The translations under genes and the position numbers were made by a program. From positions 145,020,001 to 145,084,000 of the forward strand of contig NC_058368.1 in assembly GCF_018350175.1 (NCBI RefSeq): a stretch of DNA of 64,000 bases, written 5' to 3'. Under the pieces are notes generated by a model, which worked only from the letters and a program-made list of their open reading frames with translations, ran no database searches and was not told where the DNA came from. Each line of letters opens with the position of its first letter. Position 1 is the stretch's first letter. Positions 27,191 to 40,188 of the stretch are shown piece after piece. Source of the stretch: Felis catus (taxonomy: Eukaryota).

Positions 27191-29769
27191 ATTTTTAATT
27201 GAAAGCAGAGTCTCAAAGAGATATTTATACACATAGGTTCATAGCAGCATTACTCACAATAGCTAAAATATGGAAGCAACCCAGGTGCCCATTGATGGTT
27301 AAGTAGACATACTATATAAATACAATGGAAAATTACTCAGCCTTTAAAAGGAAGGAAATTCTAACATATGCTACAATACAGATGAACCACAAGGACACTG
27401 CGCTAAGTGAAGCTAGTCTCTAAAAGACAAATACTACATGATTTTACTTATATGAGGTACTTACAGTAGCCAAAAATCATAAAGAAAGCAGAATGGTGGT
27501 TGACAGGGAATGGAAGAGTGGGGAATGAATGGAGAGTTATTGTTTAATGGATATAGAGTTTCAATTTCACAAAATAAAAGAGTTATGGAGATAGGTGAAG
27601 ACTACACAACATTATGAATATATTTAACACCACTGAACTGTACACTTAAAAATGGTTAAGATGATGAATTTTATGTTTTGTGTATTTTGCCACAATTTGA
27701 AAAAAATGAGGAAAAAAAAAGTATCCTGGCCAGCCCTGTTTTAGGTACCATTTTACAGTGACTAAAACAAATATTAATTATTTCTGTGTATTCGCAATCT
27801 CTATTCCATCACTTCAAAGACCATACAGCTAAGGAGACCACCAGAAACCTATGAGATACTAATAATAAAGAATACTCATCATAAAAATAAGGTAAATTTT
27901 CAATTTATAAACCCTATTCATTAGGAGTTTCATAATTAAAGTAAAATATGTTACAAAATTCTAAGTATAAAATGAATTTAAAAATTAAATACAAATTTAT
28001 TTTTAGTGTTATGATATTCATGTTAAACACATTTCATCTATTTTATAAGTATTTATATGTTCTTACCTAAGAAGTCATCACAAATGGGAAAGATATTTCA
28101 AAAGTTTACCTTTTCTAGAAAATCCAACCCATGTTTTGCACTAGTTTATCTGATTCATAGAGTATATTGTGACTGCTACAATATCATTGCAATATCTGAG
28201 AAGAATTAGTTATAATCATAACAACAACAACAAAGCTGCATGATGATCAAAATGTGAGTTCACATTCTGCAATTATTCCATGTTTGGTTTTGTGGGACAG
28301 TAGACAAATCACTTACCTAATTTAGAAAATAACAAGCTTAAAATGAGAAGACCTCTATAAACCCTTCATAAATTAACATTTTAAACTATGATTTTCTCCT
28401 ATTAATATTTCAAGTGTATATTAACTCATAATCTATGCAATATGCTATGTCATATGCTTCACAGAGGAAAAAAGAAGATATAAAATTCATGGCATATATG
28501 TGACCGTGGATCCAAAACTAGTGATGAGTTGAATTGAAAACTGAGACTCAATTTCCTAAAGCACCCAAATACAACCCAGTGTGGAAGTTACTTCTCATAT
28601 ATTATTAAAATTTTACAATACTCTGGGCAAAGACTTTTGGCTGATATTATGACATTTACCATATGAAAATGTGGACGTATGTCCTAGAGGAAAAATTAGG
28701 CTTTTTAAGTAGGTAAGAGTCATAGCAATACTTGATTTGTTCTTAGCTGGAGGAATTTCATTAATTACTTTAGTAAGCTTTTCTGATGACCCACAGAACT
28801 GGTTCCTTGTTTCCCATGAGGGCCAAGGGTAGAAAATTCTGGACTTCTATAGACACAGACTTTCCTTAACAACCATAAATGCTAGCGGCTAAGGAGCTTT
28901 TCAAATCTTTACAGATCATCTATTAAGCTGGACATGAAAATATTATCCTTGAAATGCAGTGGATTCATCATCATGAGTAATGGTTGAGATTTACACAGTC
29001 TCTTTGTTCCTATGCAGAAACAAGTGAAAAATAAGTATTTTACAAATGAAGAGGTTAGAGACCAACTACAGGAATCAAAACCTGCAAAGTATTAAAATCT
29101 TTGTTCTTGTACCATTTGTAATTATTAAAATTTCCCCCACATAAATCAAAGGAAAACATAAGATTTCCAAGTTGAGGATTCTTCAACACTAATACATTAA
29201 CTGTTTTTCTTCTATTCTGAGGATGTGAGTGGAGATGACTTCACTAGCTGTCAATATCTCTAAGGAATAAGGAACGCAAAATGGTTGTCAGAAAAGTCTA
29301 CAAGGGTGAATCATGTCAGAAGTGTCCAGAAGATGGGATGCTAACATAATTATATAACCTTAATCCACTGGCCACATTCGGGACTACCTGAAAATAAAAA
29401 TTAAAAGAAGAAAAGAACACAGGGGAAATTTTTTTTTCCTAAGGAGCATGCCATGTTACTTTAATTTCAAATTGTTAATAGCTAAGGAAGTTATTTCTCT
29501 TTGGCCCAAAAATGTATTTTAAATGACTCTTAGATCCTCATAATCTATACTGAAGAAAAATATTCATAACACTAAAGAGGGTTTTATGTAAAATATACAT
29601 GTACCTGCTAACCATCTTAGATGAAGAGCATGAAGACATACATGCAATGTCTTATTCCAAAGCATTATTTAATAGTTTACAAAACGCAAGAATTACATTT
29701 TGTCCCACTACCATCATTCTCACAATACTCTTGGGTTAATTATAAATTAATAATTTAAAGTATCATTAA

Positions 29770-29940
29770 AATAGCTTATGTGCTAAATTCAAGCATCATA
29801 TATTAAGCATCATACATTCAGCATTTAATCCTCCCGTTATTATGCCTGTTTTATCAATGAGGGAGCCAAAGCTTAAAAAGGTTAAATAATTTGCCTAGTT
29901 GTCACACAGTTGGTTAGTGGCAGAGCTGGGCTTGAACTTT
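29770..29940 (-). mobile_element. MIR remnant
   Basis: atttaatcctc...gttaaataatttgcctag...tcacacagttggttagtggcagagctggg. Confidence 0.7.
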
Positions 29941-30559
29941 TTCATTCTTACATTATTTTACCTCTAATGTGAGTATGGTATGAAGAGTTTTCATTTCAAG
30001 ATGGCTCATGCTGATTATGGGCAAGTTTATGCAGCTCTGGCAGGCCAAGCAGCATCAGCTGTTACAAGTGTAGTAGATACCTGTCCTAGATAAGACAGCA
30101 AACACTTTGTTATCCTACCTTTGACTCTCATACTCCAACTCATTTCCTGAGTATCCTATGGCAACCACCCCCTCACCCTACATGCAGCTGCCAGTGATGT
30201 ACAGATGCCTCAATATAGACCAGACTCAGAAGAGACAACTTTTCTGAGTCCCATTATGTACTGTCTAGAATTAGCCACTCAGGATGTTCAAAAGGGAACT
30301 GTAATTAATGTCTTATTAATAGTGGGCCACTAAATTCTGCTCTGTGTTTAAGAAATATCATCTGTTACTGAGATGAGCACTGGTTACAATTCAGGAAATT
30401 TCAGCTCTAATTCTAAATCTGACCTTGAGAAAATAGTTTCCTTCCATTAGCTTCTTTATGTAAAAAGAGAGAAAACAGTATCTGTTAATGTATTTTACAG
30501 GCTTTTGTACAGATACAAGAGATGGTATATGCAAAAGTACTTTTAAAAGAAGAATAAGG

Positions 30560-30776
30560 GGGGCGCCTGGGTGGCTCAGTCGGTTGAGCGTCCGACTTCG
30601 GCTCAGGTCACGATCTCGCGGTCCGTGAGCTCGAGCCCCGCGTCGGGCTCTGGGCTGATGGCTCAGAGCCTGGAGCCTGCTTCTGATTCTGTGTCTCCCT
30701 CTCTCTCTGCCCCTCCCCCGTTCATGCTCTATCTCAAAAATAAATAAATGTTAAAAAAAAAATGTAAAAAAAAAAA
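30560..30776 (+). mobile_element. Young CpG-rich SINEC_Fc with TSD aaaagaagaataa
   Basis: Near-consensus sequence with intact CpGs. Confidence 0.95.
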
Positions 30777-31116
30777 GAAGAATAAAGGTACTAAAAATAT
30801 ATATATTCTAGAAAAGTCTCAAAACTAGTATGGCAAGAAAAGAAGTTTTCCTATTAACAGAGTAAAATTTGCCTCAGTTTCCTTTCTAATCCTTTGTTTT
30901 TAGTGGAAAATTCCATCATTTATTTATAGTATCTTCTCGCCACCAAATTTTCCTATTTTTTTACATTTTTTTTTCTCCCAGGAACATTTTGCTATTTCTT
31001 TTTAGCCTAATCACCTCTGTTTTATTTCTCTCTTGTAATACTTTTTACTCCCTTCTCACCATGATTATACTCCTATTTTAGTTGTCACCTGCACTATCTT
31101 ATATTGCTATTTAACT

Positions 31117-31280
31117 TTTTTTCTTTTTTTAGTTTTTATTTAAATTCCAGCTAGTTACCATATAGTGTAATACTAATTTCAGGTGTACAATATAGTGATT
31201 CAACACTTCCATACAACACCCAGTGCTCATCACAAGTGCCCTCCTTTATCCCCATCATCTATTCCACCCATCCCCCCACC
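31117..31280 (-). mobile_element. Carnivore L1 3' end fragment
   Basis: tttatttaaattccagctagtta...ttcaggtgtacaatatagtgattcaacacttccatacaacacccagtgctcatcacaagtgccctcc. Confidence 0.85.
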
Positions 31281-31722
31281 CTATGTTAACTCAATTCAAA
31301 AAGTTATGCCATGCCTATTACAGGAGAGACATGTAACATGAGTAAGAATTAGTCTGCCAATGATAATTATTATACCATTCAGGTGACCAGGTGACTAATT
31401 CAAGCTACTGTTTTTACATGGGTACTTGGTTATTCTTAGCTATACCTGATATTCATCCATTAGACTCTAAAATCATTAGAGTGTTAGCATACTGTTAAGA
31501 TTTGACTTCTCACTCCCAGGTGAAAGAAACTGAGTTCTTATGATAATCTTAGCTATTCGTTTATTTTCTCTGTGATATCATATATAGTTATTTCAGTATA
31601 TAAATACATGGAAACAAAGTTATTTCAAAAGGTGTTTTATATATAAAATTAAATAAGAATAAAGCATACTTCCTGCCATTAAAACATTAAATAAGAAGAC
31701 TTAAATTTAAATTACACAAATT

Positions 31723-31870
31723 GAGGAGGTCCTGGGTGGCTCAGTTGGCTGAGCTGGCTCAGCATCCCATTCCTGATTTGGGCTCAGGTCATTGATTCCA
31801 GGGCTGTGGGTTGAAGACCAGAGTCAGGCTCCAAGCTCAGCTCAGGGGAGATATTCATTCATTCATATAT

Positions 31871-31930
<60 letters not shown>

Positions 31931-31975
31931 CCCCCCCCGCCAGCATTCACACTCTCTCTCTAAAATAAAAATAAA
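31723..31975 (+). mobile_element. Diverged CanSINE with (CT)n
   Basis: cctgggtggctcagttgg head, (ct)n and A tail. Confidence 0.8.
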
Positions 31976-32027
31976 GTCAGTATTTTAAAAAGTAAATAAA
32001 TAAATTATACACATTGACAAGGCTATT

Positions 32028-32245
32028 GGGGCACCTGGGTGACTCGGTCAGTTAAGAGACCGACTCTTGGTATCAGCTCAGGTCATGATCTCATGGTTCA
32101 CGGGGTAGATGCCCACATCTTTCTCCACACTGACAGCATAGGGCCTGCTTGGGATTCTCTCTCTCCCTCTCTCTCTGCCCCTCCCCTGCTTGCTCTCCCT
32201 GTCTCTCTCTCAAAATAAATAAATAAACTTAAAATAAAAAAATAA
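32028..32245 (+). mobile_element. CanSINE
   Basis: ggggcacctgggtgactcggtcagttaag head. Confidence 0.9.
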
Positions 32246-32559
32246 ATTTAAAAACTAAAATGTTAGGTCTTGTTCTCTTGTTAATCTGGAAACTACATAT
32301 GCCACCACACACTTCGGCTACTCTCAGTAACCCTCGAGGTAGAAAAATAAATTACAGAAGCTTTCTGAATTTCTTTCACCACTTTACCAAAACTATTTTC
32401 CTCAAGACCACCAAAATTCACCTTACTTCTCAATTCAGGAAAATCTTTATGTCCTCTTACAATTGTTATAAACTTTAATCTCTGCCTTAAATGTCTTTCC
32501 TGGTTCCCATGCATTATTCTCTCCTGATTACCCTTCTCCCTCTCCAATTATTTTCCTTT

Positions 32560-33510
32560 GAGGCTGCTCTTCATCTACCCAGGCTTAAATGTTGACTTTC
32601 CTCAGGGTTCTAACCCCAGGTGCTGTCTCACTGGTTACACTGGGCAGTTGAATCTGTAAGCACTTTTCACCTTCAGGATGGTCTGTGCTCATTATTTCCA
32701 AACCATTATGGACTTGTCTCTGAGCTATACACCCAGACCTCTGACTTTGTGTTAGGGCATCACTATCTGAGTGTAACAGAGGCATGTCAAAATTTAACCT
32801 GTACAACATAAATTATGGCATTTTTTCCCCAAAGCCTGCTGCTCTTTCTATATTTCCTCTTTCAGTCAATGATATCACTGTTCATCCCACCATCCAAATC
32901 TAAAACCTAGGAAACTCATCCTTCACATGCCAACAATTCTACTCATTGTTTCCTATGTGGGATCAATCACCTATCACCTTTCAACAGGACAATTAAACTT
33001 GCCTTGTAACTGTAACTAGACTCCATCCCTGTTCTCAACCCTCTTCAATCCATCTCTGTTGATGCCAAGTGAATGTCTAAAAGGACAAATCTAATCATGT
33101 CATATACCATGTTTAGAATCTTTGAGTTTTAATCCAAAATCCTTGATGTACTCTAGGACTTTATCATTTGGCCACTGCCTTTGTCTTCATCCATTTATTC
33201 TATTGCTTCATAGTACTGCACTTGCAATTCAACTGATCCAAGCTACCAGTCATGTCGTGGATTCACAATCATTCCTTTTGAGGCTTCATTCTAACTATTC
33301 CTTGCCCAAAATATCGTTCCTTCACTCAACTTCCAGCTCAGCTCAGATTTTCTTCTATAAAGCCTTTCCTAAATCTCGCAACTAAAGTAAGCATTCCCCC
33401 TGAATTGCTACTGTAACTAATATATACCTCAGTTATAATACTATTAATTGTTTATCTCTCCTATACTTATTTCCTTGAGGGCAGCATAGTTTTACACTTT
33501 GTAAATATTT
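32560..33510 (+). mobile_element. L2 remnant
   Basis: Pyrimidine-rich L2 3'-like text (atccaaatctaaaacctagg; aaatctaatcatgtca; ttccttgagggcag). Confidence 0.55.
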
Positions 33511-33794
33511 GATGAAGAGGCTTAAACAACAGGACAACTCCATTTTCAAATATTCTATAAAAATACAGAAGTGAGAAGAAGTCATAAAATTGCAACTGGT
33601 CCATCCAACAGGGACCTTGCATTTGACCAAATTAGCAAGCAGTAAGTTTTAGAAGAATACCTATTATCTTAATCATCTTGAATTCAACAGCAGTAACTGC
33701 TTTCCTGGTTTTAAAAAATACATATATTAGTACATCCCTGAATCCCTAACCTAGAGCACATATAATAAAGCACAGCTCTAAAGAGTTAAGGATA

Positions 33795-34024
33795 GGGCTC
33801 CTGGATGGTTCAGTCAGTTGAGCATCCAACTTTGGCTCAGGTCGTGATCTCACGGTTCATGAGTTTGGGCCACATGTCGGGCTCTGTGCTGACAGTTCAG
33901 AGCTCAGAGCCTGGAGCCTTCTTCAGAGTCTGTGTCCCCCTCTCTCTCTGTCCCTCCCCTGCTTGTACTGTGTCTCTCCCTCTTTCTCAAAAGTAAATAA
34001 ACATTAAAAAACTTTAAAAAAAAA
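33795..34024 (+). mobile_element. CanSINE
   Basis: Head, agctcagagcctggagcc body and A tail. Confidence 0.9.
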
Positions 34025-34029
34025 CAAAA

Positions 34030-34975
34030 CTAAAAATATTCTTACTGTAAGACCTAGCAATCATGGTTCTTGGTATTTACCCAAAGAAATTTAAAATTTA
34101 TGTCCACATAAAAACCTATACATGGATGTTCATAACTGCTTTATTCATAATTGCAAAAACTTGGAAGCAACCAAAATGTCCTTCAGTAGGTAAACAAACC
34201 ATGGTACCACCAGACAATGGAATATAATTCAGCACTAAAAAGAAATGAGCTGTCAAGCCACGAAGAGACACAGAAAAACTTTAAATGCATTTTGCTAAGT
34301 GAAAGAAGCCAATATGAAAAGGCTACATACTGTATGACTCCACCTAAAAGAATCCAGAAAATGCAAAACTATGGAGACAGTAAAAGGATCAGTGGTGGCC
34401 AGGGGGGCCAGAGTTGGAGAGATGAAAAGGCAAAGCACAGAGGATTTTTAGGGCAGTGAAAATACTCTGTATGATGCTGTAATGATGGACCATGTCATTA
34501 TACATTGTGTTCAAACCCACAGAAAAGTGGTGCCTGGGTGGCTCAGTCGGTTAAGCATCCAACCTCAGCTCAGGTCATGATCTTGCAGTTTGTGAGTTCA
34601 AGCCCCGCATTGGGTTCTGTGCTGACAGCTCAGAGCCTGAAGCCTGCTTCGGGTTCTGTGTCTCACCCTCTCTCTTGCCCTTCCCTGCTCATGCTCTGTC
34701 TCTGTCTCTCAGTAATAAATAAATGTTAAAAAAAAATTTTTTTTAAACACAGAATGTACAACACCAAGAACTATAATGTAAACTGTGGACTTTAGGTAGT
34801 TATAAATGTATCAATGTAGGTTCATCAACTATAACAAACGTACCACTTTGATGGGGGATGTTAATACGGGGGAGGTTATACCTACATCGGGGTAGAAGGT
34901 ATATGGGAAATATCTGTACCTTCCTGTCAACTATGTTGTGAACTACTAAAAACTGCTCTTAAAAAAAAAAAATAA
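34030..34975 (+). mobile_element. Old L1 3' end (L1M-class) interrupted by a CanSINE
   Basis: ggtatttacccaaag...ttggaagcaaccaaaatgtccttcagtagg...atatgggaaatatctgtacct...aaaactgctct. Confidence 0.85.
34528..34735 (+). mobile_element. CanSINE inside L1
   Basis: gtgcctgggtggctcagtcggttaagc head. Confidence 0.92.
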
Positions 34976-36158
34976 GTCCTATCAAAAAAAAAAAGGGGGA
35001 GAGGGGAAGGAAAATCAAAAAGACCTCCGAAACAGTTAACAACAACAAAAAAACATCAAGCATCTGCTGGATTTAAGGCCCACAGTCATGGCTGGTTACA
35101 CACAAAGATCAAGAAAGCTTAGGATCTGGGCAGCTTTCTGAAGGAGAGGATCCACAGCTTTGCATCAGTTCTCAGAGGATCCCATAATCTCAAAATCATT
35201 TAGAACCACTTATTTACGAAGATGAAATAAGGACCTCAAAGGGTACATTAGTAGTTTAAGGGAGGACATTTTTAAAAACTGAAAATACTGTACCTATATA
35301 TTTTGCATGTGCTAGATTTAAACAGAACAAATATACTCTAAAAAAAATGTGTCCATTTATCATTTCTTTGATATCTCCAACTATGCATAAATTAAAATTA
35401 GTTAAATACCAAAACCACAGAAGAGCTTCCCTGAATCTAAAAGCCCAAGAAAAAGGAAGAGCAATGGCAGATTTAAGAGCTGTATCTTCTGACAGTTAAG
35501 ACCAAAAAAGCTAAAGGTAATATCAACTGTCAACTGTATGAAAACAGGTTACATTCATAAGAAATGGAGCAAATGAGAAACAGGTGCAAGAAATAAAATT
35601 AATTCTTTAATGGAAATTTTTCAAAATCCTCACTCAGCCTACTAATCCAATAGACACAGACTCCTAAAATGGTTTCTTAGGCTACCTTGTAGACCTAATT
35701 GGAAACATAAAAAATAGAAGGTGTCAACAGGTGAGGGGACTCAATTACATTCAGCAAACAGCTAAATATTTACAATCTAGATCTAGCTATCATAAATGCA
35801 TACTATGTAAAATGAAAAGTTGACTTTTGTAATATTATACATTATAAGAGCTCAGTCTTAATCTCCAGGAAAACAGCACAATGATAGCACTTAACTGCAA
35901 CAAACCGTTGTTCCAAATACAGGAACAACTCTGAGCCAAAGAACCGCACCTGTTTCTGCTATACATATGTGAGACAAACAAGGGAAACCCAAAACCACAA
36001 CTGATCAAGTGCGTTTCCACTCACCACAAAACTTCTAGTAAGGCATGCTTTCAGGAGCGACGTTTAAAAGGTGTACCAAGGATACCATGTGCATGACACT
36101 AGAAGACAGCTTTTGTTTTTTTCTTTTAAATAACTGAACCACTGAACAGGAAATAATT

Positions 36159-36374
36159 CTTTTTTTTTTTTTAAAGTTTATTTGTTTATTTTGAGAGAGA
36201 GAGAGAGCACAAGCAGGTGAGGGGCAGAGAGGAGAGACAGAATCCCAAGCAGGCTCCAAGTGCACCATCCGCACAGAGCCCCATGTGGGGCTCGATCCCA
36301 CAAACTGAGAGATCATGACCTAAGCCGAAATCAAGAGTTGGAAGCTTAACCAACGGAGTCATCCAGGTGCCCCT
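36159..36374 (-). mobile_element. CanSINE
   Basis: T tail, ending ccaggtgcccc. Confidence 0.9.
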
Positions 36375-36684
36375 CAAGAGGAAATACTTCTAATTGAAGA
36401 AGTGCAAACAAACAAACAGCCTAACTTGTCCATGCAGACACCTGAAGTACCAATGTTGCTGCAGAAAAATCACATATCTGGACATACTAGTACTACAATG
36501 AAATTGATAAGCTCTGGTATCAACTGGGTCTTCAGGGAAGTCTGAGAGTCTTTTTTGTGTTCCTACACAGTTCTATCCCTGAGTCTATATTGAACTAATT
36601 CAGGTTTTTTTTGGACTTTTCCTCACTGTCCTAAAAATTCACCACCACTTCCACCTTCAGTATCCCCAGCTTAGATGTGCTTAT

Positions 36685-37177
36685 GTGGGTGGGACCCTCA
36701 TGATGACCTTGTGCCCTTATAAGAAGAGACACCAGAGAGCTCTCTCTCTCTTTGCCATGGGAAGACACAGTAAAAAGGCCAGCATCCAAAAGCCAGGAAG
36801 AGAGACCTCGCCAGAAAGAAATCATTCTAACAGCCTCATCTTGGATGTCCAAGCTCTAGAAATGTGAGAAAATAAATTTCTGTTGTTTAAGCCAAGAAGT
36901 CTATGGTAATTTATTATGGCAGCCCACGGGGCGCCTGGGTGGCTCAGTCGGTTAAGCGGCCGACTTCAGCTCAGGACATGATCTCGCGGTCCGTGAGTTC
37001 GAGCCCCGTGTCGGGCTCTGTGCTGATAGCTCAGACCCTGGAGCCTGTTTCAGATTCTGTGTCTCCCTCTCTCTGACCCTCCCCTGTTCAGGCTTTGTCT
37101 CCCCCTGTCTCAAAAATAAATAAACGTTAAAAAAAATAAATAAAATTAATATTATGGCAGCCCAAGCTGACTAATAC
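36685..37177 (+). mobile_element. MaLR (MLT1/MST-type) LTR 3' part interrupted by a SINE
   Basis: cttataagaagagacacc...gtgagaaaataaatttctgttgtttaagcc...ttatggcagcccaagctgactaatac. Confidence 0.85.
36928..37145 (+). mobile_element. Young SINEC_Fc with TSD tattatggcagccca
   Basis: TSD at 36912-36926 and 37150-37164; CpG-rich. Confidence 0.95.
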
Positions 37178-37425
37178 CAAATCATACTTACAGTTGGAGA
37201 TTCCATACCAAACCCAACTCCAGTTTGACTTAATAATAGTGTCTTTAAGTTAAAGAACACTAATTCTGGTTTTGACTTTGACTTTTTTTTTAAGTGCTAT
37301 CTTTCAGAAAATAATTATAGAAAATGAAAAAAAATTAAAAATAAACATGAAATAATAAACAGGTACAGTGCAGGCCTACAAGAATACATCATCAATCTAA
37401 TAAAAATGGAATAAAAGATACTTAC

Positions 37426-37487
37426 CACCACCAAGAATGTAAGAATCCTGGTGGTTCCCCCAATGTGATGTTTTTTTCCCATCTTAT
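37426..37487 (-). CDS. SSBP2: SSBP2 coding exon (likely exon 3, 62 nt): IRWEKNITLGEPPGFLHSWW(C)
   Basis: Minus strand reads ttattcattttag|ATAAGATGGGAA...TCTTGGTGGTG|gtaagt. It joins the previous exon in phase 0 and matches the LUFS domain sequence. Confidence 0.97.
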
Positions 37488-38904
37488 CTAAAATGAATAA
37501 AAGAGATATTAAATACTTTCTTAATACCTTTTCCCACACATATTACAAAGCAATATTTCCCCATTAAAAATACTAAGTTAATATATGAGATTTTAATCAT
37601 TTTGATAGTATTCTTTACTCAAGTTTTACAAGAGCTCATTTTACATAGTTATTTGTTGATTTGGTGGTTTATGAGAGAAGATGCCAGCATTGTTTTCCTG
37701 AATTTGCTTCCCACTGTGCCCGATTTTTAAGAGAGACTTCTGGAATTTGAGGTATCTCAGGATCTTAAGGCACATCAAAACTGCATTTTAATTAATCACC
37801 ACTAATCCAGAAATTTGCAAATGTCTGGGCTTAATATGTGCAGACTCCCAATGATGCCTTGAGGATTGATATTTTAAACAAATTCCTGATTTGAGGGGAT
37901 GAGAGTAAGAAGGCATATGTCTTCCATAAAATAACAGTTTAAAAAAGATGATATTAACTTTCCCAATGTTTATATTTCAGATGGCTTGGCATTCACTACC
38001 AAAAATTTAAAACAAGGTCAGTATCTCTTAAAAATTAAAATTTCTCACTAAATACTGTTTACAAATTAAATTTAGAGATTTGAAACTGGGTAGGATTTAT
38101 ACAGTGCCTTTCCTAAGCACTGATAGGAGTAAACAAAAGATAAAAATCTTTGCATTCAGGGAGATTATACTTTATAGAGAAGACAGACCATAAACAAAGC
38201 AAAAAGAAAAAAAAGGAGATTGTATTTATATTAGAAGTAGCAGGCAACAAATGCTAAGGAGGAAAACAAAGCAGAGAAGGACAAAAAAAAAAAAAAAGGA
38301 AAAAGTAAGAAGTGAGCTATAATTTTAACTAAGGTGATCCAGAAAGGTCTCATAAACAATCTTTACGTAGGAGTGCCTGGCTGATTCATTCAGAGAAGGG
38401 GCTCTTGATTTCAGGGGTCATGAGTCACAAACCCATCATGGTTCTATCTTTATGTATAAGTATGATTTAGTTTTTTAGTTTAAATAATTAAAAATTATTT
38501 AACAATATCCCAATTAGCAAAATATGCCCATAGGACCTTAACATAAAGAGGAAGTAAAAAACTACATAATTATAGATTTTAAAAAAAACAAGGAATTCTT
38601 TCTATCACCTACTATGGAAGAACTTAGAAATTTTTGTTCTAAAGGATTTAAAAAAAAAAAAGTTTTAAGATAGGAACTCAGAAAGTGGCCTGAAATTAAA
38701 AAAAGAAAAAAGTAACTGCTTAAAGATGAAAAAACATAATTAAAATCACTGAAATCATAATTTTTTTAGAGTTCTTAAATATACAAAATGTAAACCAATG
38801 TAAGCTTTGCAGTAATTTGCTCTCAAAAAACAAAGAAATTATCTATATATGAACAATGAACCAGAATATGTTATACAAATAAAAGCCAAATCCGAACTTG
38901 AATT

Positions 38905-39078
38905 CTCACACACGCATACACACAGGGGTGGGGCAGGGAGAGAGGGAGAGAGAATCTTAAGTATGTTCCACACCCAGCATGGAGCCTGATATGGGGCTCG
39001 ATCCCATGACTGTGAGATCATAACCTGAGCCAAAATCAAGAGTCAAACACTTAACTGACTGAGCCACCCAGGCACCCC
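38905..39078 (-). mobile_element. CanSINE
   Basis: Ends gactgagccacccaggcacccc. Confidence 0.9.
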
Positions 39079-40096
39079 AACACAAATAATTTTTAAATCA
39101 ATACTTCTTTTTATCTGAATTCCAATTAATCATTTATTGTATCTTCTTAGTTTATGAAAAAAGGAATGGTAGTACATAATGAGTCTTAGGATAACAAAAC
39201 TCTGATGTCCTGCTAAAGTTATAATTTAGTCAAAAACCTGTTTCTCATATATCTCTCAATCTTTTCTCTTTTTGTTCACTTTTTGATGTCTTCTTGAGAG
39301 GGCATAATAATGACCCTCACAGATGTGCCCAGACACACAAATATTCCTAATTCCTGGAATCATCCTAATAAGATGAACAGCAAGCTTTTTAAAGTAGCAT
39401 CCTTACATTTCATCTCAGGTCATCCTGACTTACAGATATGACTATGAAAAAAAAGCAGACAGCACTATTCTCAATTAAAAGGAGAGGGTGTGATGACTTA
39501 CATTAAAGTGGCATGATTAGGTTCCAATGCCAGACTGTGCTGGCAGCAGGATTAGTCTCACAGTCTAACATGAGTCCCACTGCTCCATATCTGGTGCTCA
39601 GCAGTTTCCTTCCTGGACTTCCACAACCAACCATCAGCAATTTCACGAGATAAAGTAGTTGGGGAAAATACCTACATGGTTTACACTCAATAGGCACTTT
39701 TGTGAAAGGAATCTAAACTAATGCATTTATATTTTAAACAGTTATTACATCTTACTGTTCCTCAGAGAAGCTCAAAATGTTTCACATACATCATCTTTTT
39801 TCATCCTTATAAAATTCTTTACTACGTAAAGTTCATCTTTCTCACTTTAAATTTCAAGTATGTGACAGAAGCAGGTAAAACTTTGGTCCATCGTATTGAA
39901 ATTAACACAAAAGCCATCCTTTGATAACTACTGAATAAACAATCAATGCTTTAGGTATTTCTAAAGAAGAAAGGGTTCTACATAGGAGTAGGTTTCCATA
40001 GTGAATGCTATTTTTTGCCTCCAAACTAATTACTACTCCAGGTATTATTTGCTTATAGGAAGCATGAGATGATGCTGATCTACAGATCTGAATCTG

Positions 40097-40188
40097 CTGG
40101 GATTCTCTTTCTCCCTCTCTCTCTGCCCCTCCTCCACGCACATACACATGTGTGCTCTCTCTCTCAAAAAAAAATAAACATTAAAAAA
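40097..40188 (+). mobile_element. CanSINE 3' fragment
   Basis: gggattctctttctccctctctctctgcccctcc...aaataaacattaaaaa. Confidence 0.8.

Larger units (their letters stand above)
25700..27720 (+). mobile_element. Old L1 (endonuclease fragment, internal fragment, 3' end) interrupted by four CanSINEs
   Basis: Endonuclease-like peptide QSIFSDHNGMKLEIS. Also ttcagtaaagttgctggatataaaatcaata and the 3' end cactgaactgtacacttaaaaatggttaagatg. Confidence 0.85.
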
